From the sequence record DRR378314_1366: DNA of 62,512 nucleotides; one strand, given 5' to 3'. Under the pieces are notes generated by a model. It did no database searches and had not been told where the DNA came from. It saw nothing but the letters and a program-made list of their open reading frames with translations. Made by a program: the position numbers and the translations under genes. Below, piece by piece: positions 39,905 to 50,103 of this stretch (the stretch's first letter is position 1; each line of letters opens with the position of its first letter).

Positions 39905-41574
39905 TACTCCTCCTCCCCCTAATCTTTTTCATCAATTGCAAACAACAACCAGCAACACCTACTGGACTGGTGGCTGAAAAAGCCATGGTGGTTTCCGCAC
40001 GTGAAGAAGCCTCCCAATTGGCCGTGAACATCATGAAAAAAGGGGGGAATGCCTTTGATGCCATGGTGGCCACTGAACTTTCTTTGGTTGTCGCCTATCC
40101 GTTTGCAGGAAGTGTTGGTGGCGGCGGATTTATGGTCTACCGTAAAAATAATGGCGAGGTCGGCGGAATCGATTATCGTGAAAAAGCGCCCTTGGCTGCC
40201 CATAAGGATATGTATTTGGACTCCCTTGGCAATGTAATTCCAGGTTTGAGCACATCGGGCGGTACCGCAGTAGGAGTGCCGGGCACAGTGGCTGGAGTGC
40301 TTGAGGTGCACAAAAAGTTCGGGAAACTTACCTTAAAAGATATTATTGAGCCCATCATTGCCCTTGCCAACAAAGGTGTAGTGGTCTCTGAAAAGCAAGC
40401 GGATAGACTTGCAGGGTATCGTGAGCAATTTATTGAGGCCAATGGGGACAGCACCAAATTTGCAGGCCCTTTTGTAACGGGAGACACCATAAAATATCCC
40501 GCTTACGCCAAAACGCTTCAAAAAATCATGGAAGAAGGGCACGATGGTTTTTACAAAGGCGAAGTAGCCCAAAAACTGGCCGCATTTGTTCAAGAAAACG
40601 GCGGTTTGATCACCGAGGAGGATTTGGAAAAGTATGAAGCGGTTTGGAGAGACCCGATTGTTTTTGACTATAAAGATATCAAGGTTATTTCCATGAGTCC
40701 GCCCAGCAGCGGTGGGGTTACCATCAACCAAATATTTAAAATGATGGAGCCTTATGATCTATCAAAATTTGGACATAACTCTGTTAAAGCTATTCAATTG
40801 TTCACGGAAGCTTCGCGAAGAGCCTATGCAGATAGGAACTTCTATTTGGGCGACCCCGATTTTGTGGATATCCCCTACAATATGCTTTTAAACGATGATT
40901 ACATACAGGACAGAATGGCCAATTTCTCTTTTGATAAAGCAACGCTGTCTTCCGATGTAAGCCATGGGGAAGTAGAAATTATCGAAAGTGCACAAACCAC
41001 CCACTACTCCATTGTGGATGATGAGGGTAATGCCATCTCGGCCACATCAACGCTTAATGGAGGATATGGTTCCAAGTTGTATTGTGCTGAGCTTGGGTTC
41101 TTCCTAAACAACGAAATGGACGATTTTAGCGCCAAACCGGGCGTCCCCAATATGTTTGGACTTATCGGTGCCGAAGCGAACAATATTCAACCAGAAAAAC
41201 GTATGCTCAGCAGTATGACACCGACCATCGTGGAAAAAGACGGGAAATTGTATATGGTTGTAGGTACTCCCGGTGGATCTACCATTATTACGGCAGTTGC
41301 CCAGACCATTCTTAATGTATACGAGTTCAACTTGAGTATGCAGGAAGCTGTTAATGCCCCTCGATTCCACCACCAATGGTTGCCCGATATGGTAATTTTT
41401 GAGCCTGAAGGTTTTTCGGATGAGCTCAAGGAAGCGTTAAAATCCAAAGGATACATCATTAATGAAGAGCGAACGCCCATTATAGGCAAAGTAGACGCGA
41501 TTCGTGTGTTGCCCAACGGAAAATTGGAAGGGGGAGCAGACAAAAGAGGTGATGATACTGCTGTAGGATATTAA
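39892..41574 (+). CDS. ggt: Gamma-glutamyltransferase
   Basis: TTHYSIVD nucleophile Thr, NNEMDDF, LSSMTP, GTPGG. Confidence 0.97.
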   Translation: MRRLILLLPLIFFINCKQQPATPTGLVAEKAMVVSAREEASQLAVNIMKKGGNAFDAMVATELSLVVAYPFAGSVGGGGFMVYRKNNGEVGGIDYREKAPLAAHKDMYLDSLGNVIPGLSTSGGTAVGVPGTVAGVLEVHKKFGKLTLKDIIEPIIALANKGVVVSEKQADRLAGYREQFIEANGDSTKFAGPFVTGDTIKYPAYAKTLQKIMEEGHDGFYKGEVAQKLAAFVQENGGLITEEDLEKYEAVWRDPIVFDYKDIKVISMSPPSSGGVTINQIFKMMEPYDLSKFGHNSVKAIQLFTEASRRAYADRNFYLGDPDFVDIPYNMLLNDDYIQDRMANFSFDKATLSSDVSHGEVEIIESAQTTHYSIVDDEGNAISATSTLNGGYGSKLYCAELGFFLNNEMDDFSAKPGVPNMFGLIGAEANNIQPEKRMLSSMTPTIVEKDGKLYMVVGTPGGSTIITAVAQTILNVYEFNLSMQEAVNAPRFHHQWLPDMVIFEPEGFSDELKEALKSKGYIINEERTPIIGKVDAIRVLPNGKLEGGADKRGDDTAVGY

Positions 41575-41586
41575 TTTTTTTACTCT

Positions 41587-42504
41587 ATGAAATATGATGT
41601 TGTTGTTTTAACGGACCATCGTTACGTGGCTCCAAAAACGAAAACGCCCTATATTGAAAATGTGCTTCAAGAAGACCGACTGGTTTTAGAAGCCTTGACA
41701 AAGTTAGGGCTTAAAGCTACCCGTAAATCCTGGGATGACCCCGATTTTGATTGGTCGATGACCAAATATGCCCTGTTTAGAACCACATGGGACTATTTTG
41801 ATCGTTATCCAGAGTTTTCCAGATGGTTGGAAACAACCGCAAGGAAAACAACGTTTATCAACTCCAAAGAACTGATCCATTGGAATATTGATAAACATTA
41901 TTTGAGCGATTTATCAAAAGCGGGGATAAATGTTCCCAAAACGGTTTTTTTGGAAAAGGGTTCAAAAATCTCCCTTGCCGAAGCAGTGGCCAAGGCAAAA
42001 TCGGGCAAAGGTTTTAACGCCGATACCTATATTCTGAAACCCTGTGTTTCTGGAGCAGCACGTCATACTTATAAAATAAAAAAGGATGAGATTGCCGATC
42101 ACGAGGACATCTTTCGGAAATTGGTAACAGAAGAGGCCATGATGCTTCAGGAATTCCAGCAGAAAATTGTTTTGGAGGGAGAAATTTCCATGATGATTTT
42201 TAACGGGGAGTACACGCATGCCGTGTTGAAAATTGCCAAACCGGGGGATTTTAGGGTTCAAGATGATTTTGGTGGTACGGTGCAAGACTATGTTCCGGAC
42301 CAAGAGCAAATATCCTTTGCTAAAAGTGTGATAAATGCCGCTCCTGAGCTGCCCATATACGCCAGAGTGGATATTTTTAAGGACAATAATGGCAATTGGG
42401 CCTTGGCCGAGCTGGAAATTTTTGAGCCAGAACTGTGGTTCCGCCTTAATCCCCCTGCAGCAGATAACTTAGCAAGAGCCATAAAGGATACCCTATCTGC
42501 CTGA
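41587..42504 (+). CDS. RimK/GshB-like ATP-grasp protein
   Basis: WNIDKHYL, KP, DFRVQDDFGG, YARVD, ELEIFEP. Confidence 0.85.
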   Translation: MKYDVVVLTDHRYVAPKTKTPYIENVLQEDRLVLEALTKLGLKATRKSWDDPDFDWSMTKYALFRTTWDYFDRYPEFSRWLETTARKTTFINSKELIHWNIDKHYLSDLSKAGINVPKTVFLEKGSKISLAEAVAKAKSGKGFNADTYILKPCVSGAARHTYKIKKDEIADHEDIFRKLVTEEAMMLQEFQQKIVLEGEISMMIFNGEYTHAVLKIAKPGDFRVQDDFGGTVQDYVPDQEQISFAKSVINAAPELPIYARVDIFKDNNGNWALAELEIFEPELWFRLNPPAADNLARAIKDTLSA

Positions 42505-42556
42505 ATAAACCATAGTTTGGTTCAGCTATAGTTTTATATTTATATAAATTTTAAAA

Positions 42557-43552
42557 ATGAAAAACTTAACGCTTCTACTATGTATTACAGCCTTAGGGTG
42601 TTTTGCGCAACAAAAGATCACAGGCAAGCTAGTGGCATTGGACGACGCTTTTTTTGATTATGTCGATAAAGACGCCAAAGTAGAAGTACTGGCAGATGGC
42701 TTTATCTGGTCGGAAGGACCTGTATGGGTCAAAGATGGTGGGTTTCTGTTATTTTCGGATGCTCCCCAAAACACCATTTTTAAATGGAAAGAAGGGGTAG
42801 GAATCACTGAATTCTTAAAGCCTTCCGGCTACACTGGTATTCTACCATATGGACGGGAGCCTGGAAGCAATGGATTGATCATAAACAATAATGGTGATCT
42901 GGTGGCCTGCGAACACGGGGACCGAAGAATATCGCGTATGCCCCTGTCGCAAGGTGGAAAAATAACGGTGGCCGATACGTGGGAAGGCAAACGTTTCAAT
43001 AGCCCAAATGATATTGTGCAAGCTTCGAATGGGTCCTATTATTTCACAGACCCGCCTTACGGGCTACCTGAACAGGAAAATTCAGAAATGCGAGAAATTG
43101 ATGCTTTTGGGGTATTTAAAATCGCTACGGATGGCAAGGTCGATATGGTGGTCAATAATCTTGCACGGCCGAATGGTGTGGCTTTGTCTCCCGATGAAAA
43201 AACGCTATATGTGAACCAATCGGATTCAAGTGCTCCGTACATTATGGCATATACCATCAAAAATGATGGCGCTCTGGATGAAGGGCGAATATTTTTTGAT
43301 GCCTCAGCATTGATAAAAGAAGGGCTGATAGGTTCTTTGGACGGCCTTAAGGTAGCGCAAGATGGAACTATTTTCTCCACAGGACCGAGCGGAATTTTGA
43401 TCATAACCCCCGAAGGAAAGCTTTTGGGACGCATAGCTACCGGACAACGTACCGCTAATTGCACCTGGGGCGATGATGGCTCGGTACTTTATATGACCGC
43501 CCATAATTACTTGATGAGAATTCAAACCAAAACCATGGGGACCGGTTTTTAG
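42557..43552 (+). CDS. SMP-30/gluconolactonase family protein
   Basis: SEGPVW, GSNG, NSPND, PNG, DG motifs. Confidence 0.92.
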   Translation: MKNLTLLLCITALGCFAQQKITGKLVALDDAFFDYVDKDAKVEVLADGFIWSEGPVWVKDGGFLLFSDAPQNTIFKWKEGVGITEFLKPSGYTGILPYGREPGSNGLIINNNGDLVACEHGDRRISRMPLSQGGKITVADTWEGKRFNSPNDIVQASNGSYYFTDPPYGLPEQENSEMREIDAFGVFKIATDGKVDMVVNNLARPNGVALSPDEKTLYVNQSDSSAPYIMAYTIKNDGALDEGRIFFDASALIKEGLIGSLDGLKVAQDGTIFSTGPSGILIITPEGKLLGRIATGQRTANCTWGDDGSVLYMTAHNYLMRIQTKTMGTGF

Positions 43553-43558
43553 ATGTTC

Positions 43559-44311
43559 TTATTTTGCAATCTGCCTTTTCAGCTCTTCCATAGATTCTTG
43601 AAGCTGTTTCAGCAAGCCTGTTTCGGTGGTAGCATCCACGTTAAAAGTTAGTTTGCTGCTCACCTCCCAAATTTCTTGGATTTGAAAGGGTTTGATTTCA
43701 TAGGGTGGATAGGTTTCGTTCAAAGAAACCAAAGTAATATTGTTGGAGTTGGGCTTGCGTTCAATTTTCTTTACCATCACGGAGTCCTGAAGCACCACCA
43801 CATACATTTTATTGGGGCTCACATGATCAATATGCTCAATGGCCCGTGCCAATACCCAATCATCGGGTCGCAGGTTTGGCAACATACTGTCCCCTTCCAC
43901 TTGAAAACCACGATAGGTGGCATTTCGGAATTCTGGAATCGGCATATCAAAAGCGGGCAATTGTCGATACCAGCTAGTGTCGGAGATGTTCTGCGGATAT
44001 CCTGCAGCAGCTTTGGCATTTACCATCACCATGTTATCGTTATCGGAATTATCAACAGTAACCACTTTCGGAATAACACTGGTCTTGGAAGTGTCCAAAT
44101 GTTTTTGGTCACTTTCACCGAACAACCACAACGGGTTTATTTTGAATTGTCGCAAGAGTTCCGAAACTACCTTTCCAGATAATTTGGTTCTCCCACGTTC
44201 AATATCGGCCGTGGTATTCTTCACGCCCAATAATTTGGCAAACTCGGTTTGCGTGTATCCAAGCTCCCTGCGGATATCGGTAAATCTTTTTAAGGTTATT
44301 TCATTTTCCAT
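43559..44311 (-). CDS. XRE-HTH plus S24 peptidase LexA-like repressor
   Basis: TQTEFAKLLG HTH, AAAG cleavage site, GDSM Ser, VMVKK Lys. Confidence 0.9.
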   Translation of the reverse strand: MENEITLKRFTDIRRELGYTQTEFAKLLGVKNTTADIERGRTKLSGKVVSELLRQFKINPLWLFGESDQKHLDTSKTSVIPKVVTVDNSDNDNMVMVNAKAAAGYPQNISDTSWYRQLPAFDMPIPEFRNATYRGFQVEGDSMLPNLRPDDWVLARAIEHIDHVSPNKMYVVVLQDSVMVKKIERKPNSNNITLVSLNETYPPYEIKPFQIQEIWEVSSKLTFNVDATTETGLLKQLQESMEELKRQIAK

Positions 44312-44398
44312 CATCAAGTCAATAATGTCATGTCCAGCGCAGTCGAGACATTTTGCAGCATATTGATCTCGAAAGCAATGATAAAGACAATCTATTCC

Positions 44399-44489
44399 CA
44401 AATATAGGTGTTTTGGATTATTTCCAAAAATATTTATGGATTATTTCCAATATTTGGAATATGTCCATATATTTGATTGGAATATTTCC
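44399..44489. promoter_or_regulatory. Divergent promoters with four GGA-N5-TCC operator boxes
   Basis: Boxes at 44415, 44438, 44456 and 44479; TATATTTG on + at 44468 and on - at 44399-44406. Confidence 0.85.
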
Positions 44490-44494
44490 AAGTT

Positions 44495-45757
44495 ATGAAT
44501 TTTGATAGGATACGCGAAAAACTGAACATTTTGGCAGATGCTGCCAAATACGATGTCTCCTGTTCCAGCAGCGGAAGTAACAGAACCAACCAGAATAAGG
44601 GCTTGGGCAATGCTTCCAAAATGGGAATTTGCCATAGCTATACGTCAGATGGGCGTTGCGTTTCCTTGTTAAAAATCCTGTTGACCAACCATTGCATTTT
44701 TGATTGTGCTTATTGTGTTACCCGAAAAAGTAACGATGTACCAAGGGCTGCCTTCAAGGTTCAGGAAGTGGTTGACCTCACTATCAATTTTTATCGCAGA
44801 AATTATATTGAAGGCTTGTTCTTGAGTTCTGGAATATTCAAAAGCCCTGACCATACTATGGAGCGTTTGGTGTCCGTCGCTAAAAAACTGCGGGAAGAGG
44901 AGAATTTCAATGGCTATATCCATCTGAAATCAATTCCCGGTGCGAGCGATGAGTTGATGTACGAAGCGGGTCTCTACGCCGACCGTCTTTCCGTAAATAT
45001 TGAAGTACCCACGATATCTGGTTTAAAATTGCTGGCACCCGATAAAAAGCATGAAGATTTTACCAAACCGATGGAAAAGGTGAAAAATGAAATCGTACGA
45101 TATCAATCCGAACGAAAAGTCATTAAAAACATCCCTAAATATGCACCTGCAGGCCAAAGTACTCAAATGATCGTGGGCGCCTCAGGAGAGTCGGATAAGG
45201 ATATTATGTATTCGGCAACCTATTATTACAAAACATACAACATGAAACGGGTATATTATTCAGGATATGTGCCCGTAACCCATGACTCCCGCTTGCCGGC
45301 CATAGGCTCACAAGTTCCCATGTTGCGTGAGAACAGATTGTACCAGACCGATTGGCTGTTGCGGTTCTACGGATTTTCGGTTGGGGAAATTTTAAACAAC
45401 CAACACCCCAATTTGGATATGGATGTAGACCCGAAGCTCTCATGGGCTTTGCGTAACCTGCATCATTTTCCTGTGAACGTCAATACGGCGGATAAGCATC
45501 TTTTGGCTAGAATTCCGGGAGTTGGAATGCGGTCTGTGGATAAAATAATAAATGCTAGAAAATTTAGGAAACTGAACTGGGACCATCTCAAAAAAATAGG
45601 GGTGGCCCTCAACCGTGCCCAATATTTTATGGTTTGCGAATCCCGCAACTGGGAACGTCGTGACTTGGATGCGGAGAATATAAAGGGAATGATTCTGCAA
45701 AATTCATCCGGAAAATTTCGGAATCAGTACAGTACGCAATTGTCATTGTTCAATTAG
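44495..45757 (+). CDS. Putative DNA modification/repair radical SAM protein (TIGR03916 family)
   Basis: LADAAKYDVSC, CIFDCAYC, RLYQTDWLLRFYGF, HhH motif LARIPGVG, C-terminal QLSLF. Confidence 0.93.
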   Translation: MNFDRIREKLNILADAAKYDVSCSSSGSNRTNQNKGLGNASKMGICHSYTSDGRCVSLLKILLTNHCIFDCAYCVTRKSNDVPRAAFKVQEVVDLTINFYRRNYIEGLFLSSGIFKSPDHTMERLVSVAKKLREEENFNGYIHLKSIPGASDELMYEAGLYADRLSVNIEVPTISGLKLLAPDKKHEDFTKPMEKVKNEIVRYQSERKVIKNIPKYAPAGQSTQMIVGASGESDKDIMYSATYYYKTYNMKRVYYSGYVPVTHDSRLPAIGSQVPMLRENRLYQTDWLLRFYGFSVGEILNNQHPNLDMDVDPKLSWALRNLHHFPVNVNTADKHLLARIPGVGMRSVDKIINARKFRKLNWDHLKKIGVALNRAQYFMVCESRNWERRDLDAENIKGMILQNSSGKFRNQYSTQLSLFN

Positions 45758-45791
45758 CAAGGGAACTATATACAATAATGCCACCTCGAGT

Positions 45792-45815
45792 TGTCACCCT
45801 GAGCGCAGTCGAAGG
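45792..45815. repeat. REP-like palindrome TGTCACCCTGAGCGCAGTCGAAGG
   Basis: TGTCA tag; lies between the two operon genes. Confidence 0.7.
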
Positions 45816-45843
45816 AATTTGAGAGGTAAAAAACGTAAACGTT

Positions 45844-46620
45844 ATGAACACTTCAACAACCTTAATTTATGACGGTAGTTTTAATGGGTTTTTGACCGCC
45901 GTTTTCGTCGCCTTTGATGAAAAAATCAATGTGGCCGACATTCAAAAGAACAATGAATCCCAAAGTGGATTGTTTTCGGAGACGGAAACCGTGTTTACCC
46001 ATGTAGAGAAGGCCAAACGGGTCTGGAACGGCATCCGTAACAAGAGCAATAATGCCATATCCAACGTGTACTTTGCTTTTTTGAGCGAAGCGGAAGGTGT
46101 GGAAATGATGCTCTATACTTATATTCAAAAGCTAATGAGGACACAAAACCGGAAGTATTTGGACTATTCTGATAGTACGGTACTACATATTGCACAATTG
46201 GCTAAAAAGGTGAGTCGCGAAAAACATCGTATGGAAGCCTTTGTTCGCTTCCAGTTGACCAAAGACGATATTTATTTTGCCAACATTGAACCCGATTTTG
46301 ATGTTTTACCTTTAATATCAAAGCATTTTCGTGACCGCTACGCGGACCAAAAATGGTTGATCTATGACGTAAAGCGCAAATATGGCATCTATTACGATTT
46401 GGAACATGTGGAAATGGTGTCCTTGAGTTTAAAGGATATCCACCATAACAAAACCGTGAAAAGTAATGCCTTTAACAGCGAGGAATACAAGTACCAAACC
46501 CTGTGGAATGATTATTTTAAAAGTACCAACATTGCATTGCGAATCAACCCTAAATTGCACACGCAACATGTACCCAAACGGTATTGGAAGTATTTGAGTG
46601 AGAAAAAAGAGGCGGTTTAA
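45844..46620 (+). CDS. TIGR03915 family putative DNA repair protein (DUF4130)
   Basis: YDGSFNGFLT, REKHRMEAFVRF, HFRDRY, LW..YF, PKRYWKYL. Confidence 0.92.
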   Translation: MNTSTTLIYDGSFNGFLTAVFVAFDEKINVADIQKNNESQSGLFSETETVFTHVEKAKRVWNGIRNKSNNAISNVYFAFLSEAEGVEMMLYTYIQKLMRTQNRKYLDYSDSTVLHIAQLAKKVSREKHRMEAFVRFQLTKDDIYFANIEPDFDVLPLISKHFRDRYADQKWLIYDVKRKYGIYYDLEHVEMVSLSLKDIHHNKTVKSNAFNSEEYKYQTLWNDYFKSTNIALRINPKLHTQHVPKRYWKYLSEKKEAV

Positions 46621-46703
46621 AATAATTAGGTATGTAGAATAGACATAGTATTTTCTTATAATTATATGCAACATTTCCTAACTCGATTTTAAATCATGTT
46701 TTT

Positions 46704-46843
46704 ATGAATGAATTTTGGGCAATTGGACAGAGGCTAAAATCGAAAGATTGCCTAAATATGTTTAGGCCTATTTATCAATTATGAAAGTTTATGCGACAAA
46801 GTACAAAGGGAAACTTTTATATTTTGATGGGCTTGCTGGAAGC
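46704..46843 (+). pseudogene. Decayed three-Cys-motif partner protein (TcmP-like) N-terminus
   Basis: MNEF-(frameshift)-NWTEAKIERLPKYV*AYLSIMK..KLLYFDGLAGS. Confidence 0.6.
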
Positions 46844-47023
46844 AAATTTAAAATAAGGAAATCAGGAGAATCATTAGGGAATTATAGGACCTTGGTTGGA
46901 AGAACCAGAAACTTATCTTGATAACTACAGATGAAATTATCGGTCAACATGGCAAGGGTACTTCTCCCAGAAAAGCTGTAAATGAAGCTGGCGCAATATA
47001 ATGCAGTTTACATACCATAAAAA

Positions 47024-48259
47024 CTACCTTTTATTTTTCTCCTCGATCCATTTGGCCATATACTTGGTACTGGCCAGGATTTGATGGTGTAGCAGCCTCC
47101 CGATAAAATTATGTTCTCGATGGATTTCCAAAGCTTTGCTTAGTTGCTGTAGGCGCTCTGTCAATTGGTTTTGCAGCAATTCCTTATCATAAAGTTTTTG
47201 AAGCAATTGGATGCCGTTCTCTTGCACTGTTTCCCACAATTCCTGTTTTTGGTGCAACTCTACCGCAGCTTGGACAAACCTGTCCCAATCATTGCTTATG
47301 ATTCCGTTCCAAGGAAGCTCGCCGTGCATACCTTCGGCACCGATGGTGGTGGTTACGCTTGGGGTTCCTGTACGCATGGCGTCCAAGAGTTTTCCTTTGA
47401 TTCCTGCACCAAATTTTAGTGGAGCAAGCAATACTCTGGCACCTTTGAGCGCCACATCAACGTTTTCTGCCCAACCGCTAACATAAAAACCGATTTTAGG
47501 ATGATGCATTTCCTTGACTTCTTGGGGTAAGTACGCGCCATAAATATGGATTTCAGCATTTGCCAATTGCTTTCGTATGCCTGGCCAAATATCGTGCTTC
47601 AAAATCTTAACAGCAGCTATATTTGGGGCATGCTTCCCGTTCCCAATGCTCACAAACCCATTTCTCTTATCAAACGGAGCTAATTTATCCTTGGATATTT
47701 CCGAAAAGTCGACCATAAAGGGCAAATGGAACAATAACTCGGCAGGAATGTGGAGTTCGTGCTGCAAAATTTCGATTTCGTAGCTGGAAATCATCAAACT
47801 TAAATCACAACGGTAGATACTGGCCGTTTCCCTTAATGTTGTTGGGTGGTTTTTCCAATCTTTAATCCTAAAGGGTCGGTTTTTTTTATTAGCTTCTTCC
47901 CTACTCTTGCGCAAGGCGTGCAAATCTTCAGTGTTTAGAATACGTAAAGCATTCGGGGCAAACTCTGCAAGGCGCCATCCAAACTGTTCTTCGACCATGA
48001 AACGGTCGAACAGTACCACATTGGGCGATAATTCTTTTACAAACTCATCAAAACTCGAATGGTTGAGTTGTATAGCTACTTCTTGAACGCCTAACTTTGC
48101 TAAATCCAGACTATACTGAGTTTTACTGGCGGTACTGGCAAAGGTAATATCGTAACCGAAGGTCAAAAAAGCATCTAACAATTGCAACATACGGCATCCG
48201 GCGGCCGTGGTGGTTGGTTCGGGCCATACGTAACCAATAACAAGGATTTTTTTCGACAT
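47024..48259 (-). CDS. Glycosyltransferase (GT4-like)
   Basis: WPEP..TAAG, TEDLH, APLKFGAGIKGK. Confidence 0.88.
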   Translation of the reverse strand: MSKKILVIGYVWPEPTTTAAGCRMLQLLDAFLTFGYDITFASTASKTQYSLDLAKLGVQEVAIQLNHSSFDEFVKELSPNVVLFDRFMVEEQFGWRLAEFAPNALRILNTEDLHALRKSREEANKKNRPFRIKDWKNHPTTLRETASIYRCDLSLMISSYEIEILQHELHIPAELLFHLPFMVDFSEISKDKLAPFDKRNGFVSIGNGKHAPNIAAVKILKHDIWPGIRKQLANAEIHIYGAYLPQEVKEMHHPKIGFYVSGWAENVDVALKGARVLLAPLKFGAGIKGKLLDAMRTGTPSVTTTIGAEGMHGELPWNGIISNDWDRFVQAAVELHQKQELWETVQENGIQLLQKLYDKELLQNQLTERLQQLSKALEIHREHNFIGRLLHHQILASTKYMAKWIEEKNKR

Positions 48260-48300
48260 ACGGGTAAAAGTACTTAAAGTGCAACTTCAAGCTCAAGTAA

Positions 48301-48509
48301 AAGAATAAAGATTTCATAACCAAGATACATGGCACCCTTCTTTACTGGTAAGCAATCCAAGAAGCAATATCTGTGTTTGACACGAATGACACCAATTTTC
48401 TCGGAAGAAGGCATCTCGACTGCGCTCGATGTGACAAGTATCAAGTTCAAGAATAAGGATTTAGGAACCAAGATACAGGACACTCTTCTTTACTGGTAAG
48501 CAAATCCAA
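48301..48509. repeat. About 60 bp imperfect direct repeat flanking a REP palindrome
   Basis: AAGAATAA..CCAAGATACA..CTTCTTTACTGGTAAGCAA(A)TCCAA at 48301-48360 and 48449-48509; REP at 48413-48436. Confidence 0.8.
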
Positions 48510-48591
48510 AAAACAAAACTATTAAAACTAACCTCTGAAGTCTTGCGTCTTGAATCTTATGTCTATTTTCCAATAATCCAGCTAACCAGTC

Positions 48592-50103
48592 CTACATCCT
48601 TGCTGCAAACATTTTGGAAATACTGGAACGCAATTTACGCTCATAATCTTCCTCCAACCACTCTTTGTAATTTTTGGTGTTGTTCATAATGCAATAGGAA
48701 TACTGTTTTACCCTAAAGGAAATCTCGTCCTTGAGCTCTTTGGCCAAAATTCGGGCGTCGAACACGTCTTCACTGTTTTCCACACAAATTTGGGCGTGCT
48801 GCTCAATACTTTTTTCGAGCACCATCTTGGATTTTTGACCTTGGGCAAATATTTTCTTGTACTCGGCTTTTACATCAAACGTAATATTGTCGGACTTACT
48901 GAACTTGGCGCGCAACTCGTCCGGCATTTCATAGACAAATTCGCGCTCAATCTCATCATCATTTTTAATGTTCTCCAGATAAAAGTCAGGGAAATGGAAG
49001 ATTTCCTGCCAGTCTATCGGTGCATCCCACGGTCCAAAACGGGCAATATTATTACCCATATCAATAACATTGAACTCCTCTTTATTGGGCAATACCCGGG
49101 AGCCCCTCCCGATCATCTGAAAATAAAGCGTGAGGGAACGCGTGGCCCGGTTCAATATGATACTTTCAACAGTAGGTTCATCAAATCCTGTTGTAAGTAT
49201 GCTCACAGAGGTTAAAATTGCATCCGGGGTTTCGGCAAACCATTCCAATATCTCCTTTCGTTCCGTGGCCGTATTTTTATTGTCCAAGTGCCGCACGTTG
49301 TATCCTGCCTTTTTAAAGGTTTCGTAAACATAGAGCGAGGTGTTGATACCGTTGTTGAAAATCAGTGTTTTGGTACCCTTCGCAATCTCTTCATAGGCGG
49401 TCAGCAATTTCCCCAACATACTATGGGCACTATAGAATTCATCTGAAGATTTTACGGTGTAATCCCCGTTAATCCCCAGTTTAAGTGTTCTAAGGCTTAC
49501 ATCATAATTATATAGGTTGGCCTTGGCCAAGAACTGTTTGCTGATCAACGATTTTATGGATTCCCCAATGATCAGATGCTTGTAATTGTCTTTCATGGGG
49601 AGTTTGATGTTGGAGCTCAACGGTGTTGCCGTTACGCCCAAAATCGTGGCATCCTCGAAATATTTGAAGAGTTTTCTAAAGGAATTGTAGTGGGCCTCAT
49701 CAATAATGACAAGTCCAATATTATTGATCTTGACCTTTTCTTCTTGCAAACGGTTGTTCAAGGTCTCCACCATGGCCACAAAGCACATATAGTCATCCTG
49801 ATCATAAAGTTCCTTGACTTCACTATTGATGACTTTATTGGCCACTTCAAATCCTTTGAGCATTTTGGAGGTTTGTTTGCTGAGCTCAATACGATGGGTA
49901 AGCACCATCACCTTTTTTCCGGTCTGCTCAATAAACCTTCGGGTAATCTCGGAAAAAACCACAGTTTTACCCCCTCCTGTAGGCAATTGGTACAAAATAT
50001 TGGTGCCCGTAGGAAGTTTTTCCAAGTGTTTGAAGATTTTGTTCAGGTCTTCTTCCTGATAATCGTATAAAGTTTTCTTCTTAATGGTTTTGTTTACTTC
50101 CAA
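48592..50103 (-). CDS. DEAD/DEAH box SF2 helicase
   Basis: YQ, PTGGGKT, DEAH, TAT, TTGFD, QMIGRGSR. Confidence 0.93.
   Translation of the reverse strand: MEVNKTIKKKTLYDYQEEDLNKIFKHLEKLPTGTNILYQLPTGGGKTVVFSEITRRFIEQTGKKVMVLTHRIELSKQTSKMLKGFEVANKVINSEVKELYDQDDYMCFVAMVETLNNRLQEEKVKINNIGLVIIDEAHYNSFRKLFKYFEDATILGVTATPLSSNIKLPMKDNYKHLIIGESIKSLISKQFLAKANLYNYDVSLRTLKLGINGDYTVKSSDEFYSAHSMLGKLLTAYEEIAKGTKTLIFNNGINTSLYVYETFKKAGYNVRHLDNKNTATERKEILEWFAETPDAILTSVSILTTGFDEPTVESIILNRATRSLTLYFQMIGRGSRVLPNKEEFNVIDMGNNIARFGPWDAPIDWQEIFHFPDFYLENIKNDDEIEREFVYEMPDELRAKFSKSDNITFDVKAEYKKIFAQGQKSKMVLEKSIEQHAQICVENSEDVFDARILAKELKDEISFRVKQYSYCIMNNTKNYKEWLEEDYERKLRSSISKMFAARM

Noticed and set aside
43559-44311. Prophage CI repressor indicating a prophage
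   Set aside because: No phage genes or integrase nearby; context and operator boxes fit a host SOS regulator
44411-44489. Possible mini-CRISPR or tandem repeat
   Set aside because: 11-bp palindromes with 7-12 bp gaps around promoter elements; better explained as operators
48301-48509. Possible CRISPR repeat-spacer-repeat
   Set aside because: Only two diverged copies of about 60 bp, a spacer of about 88 bp containing a REP, and no cas genes
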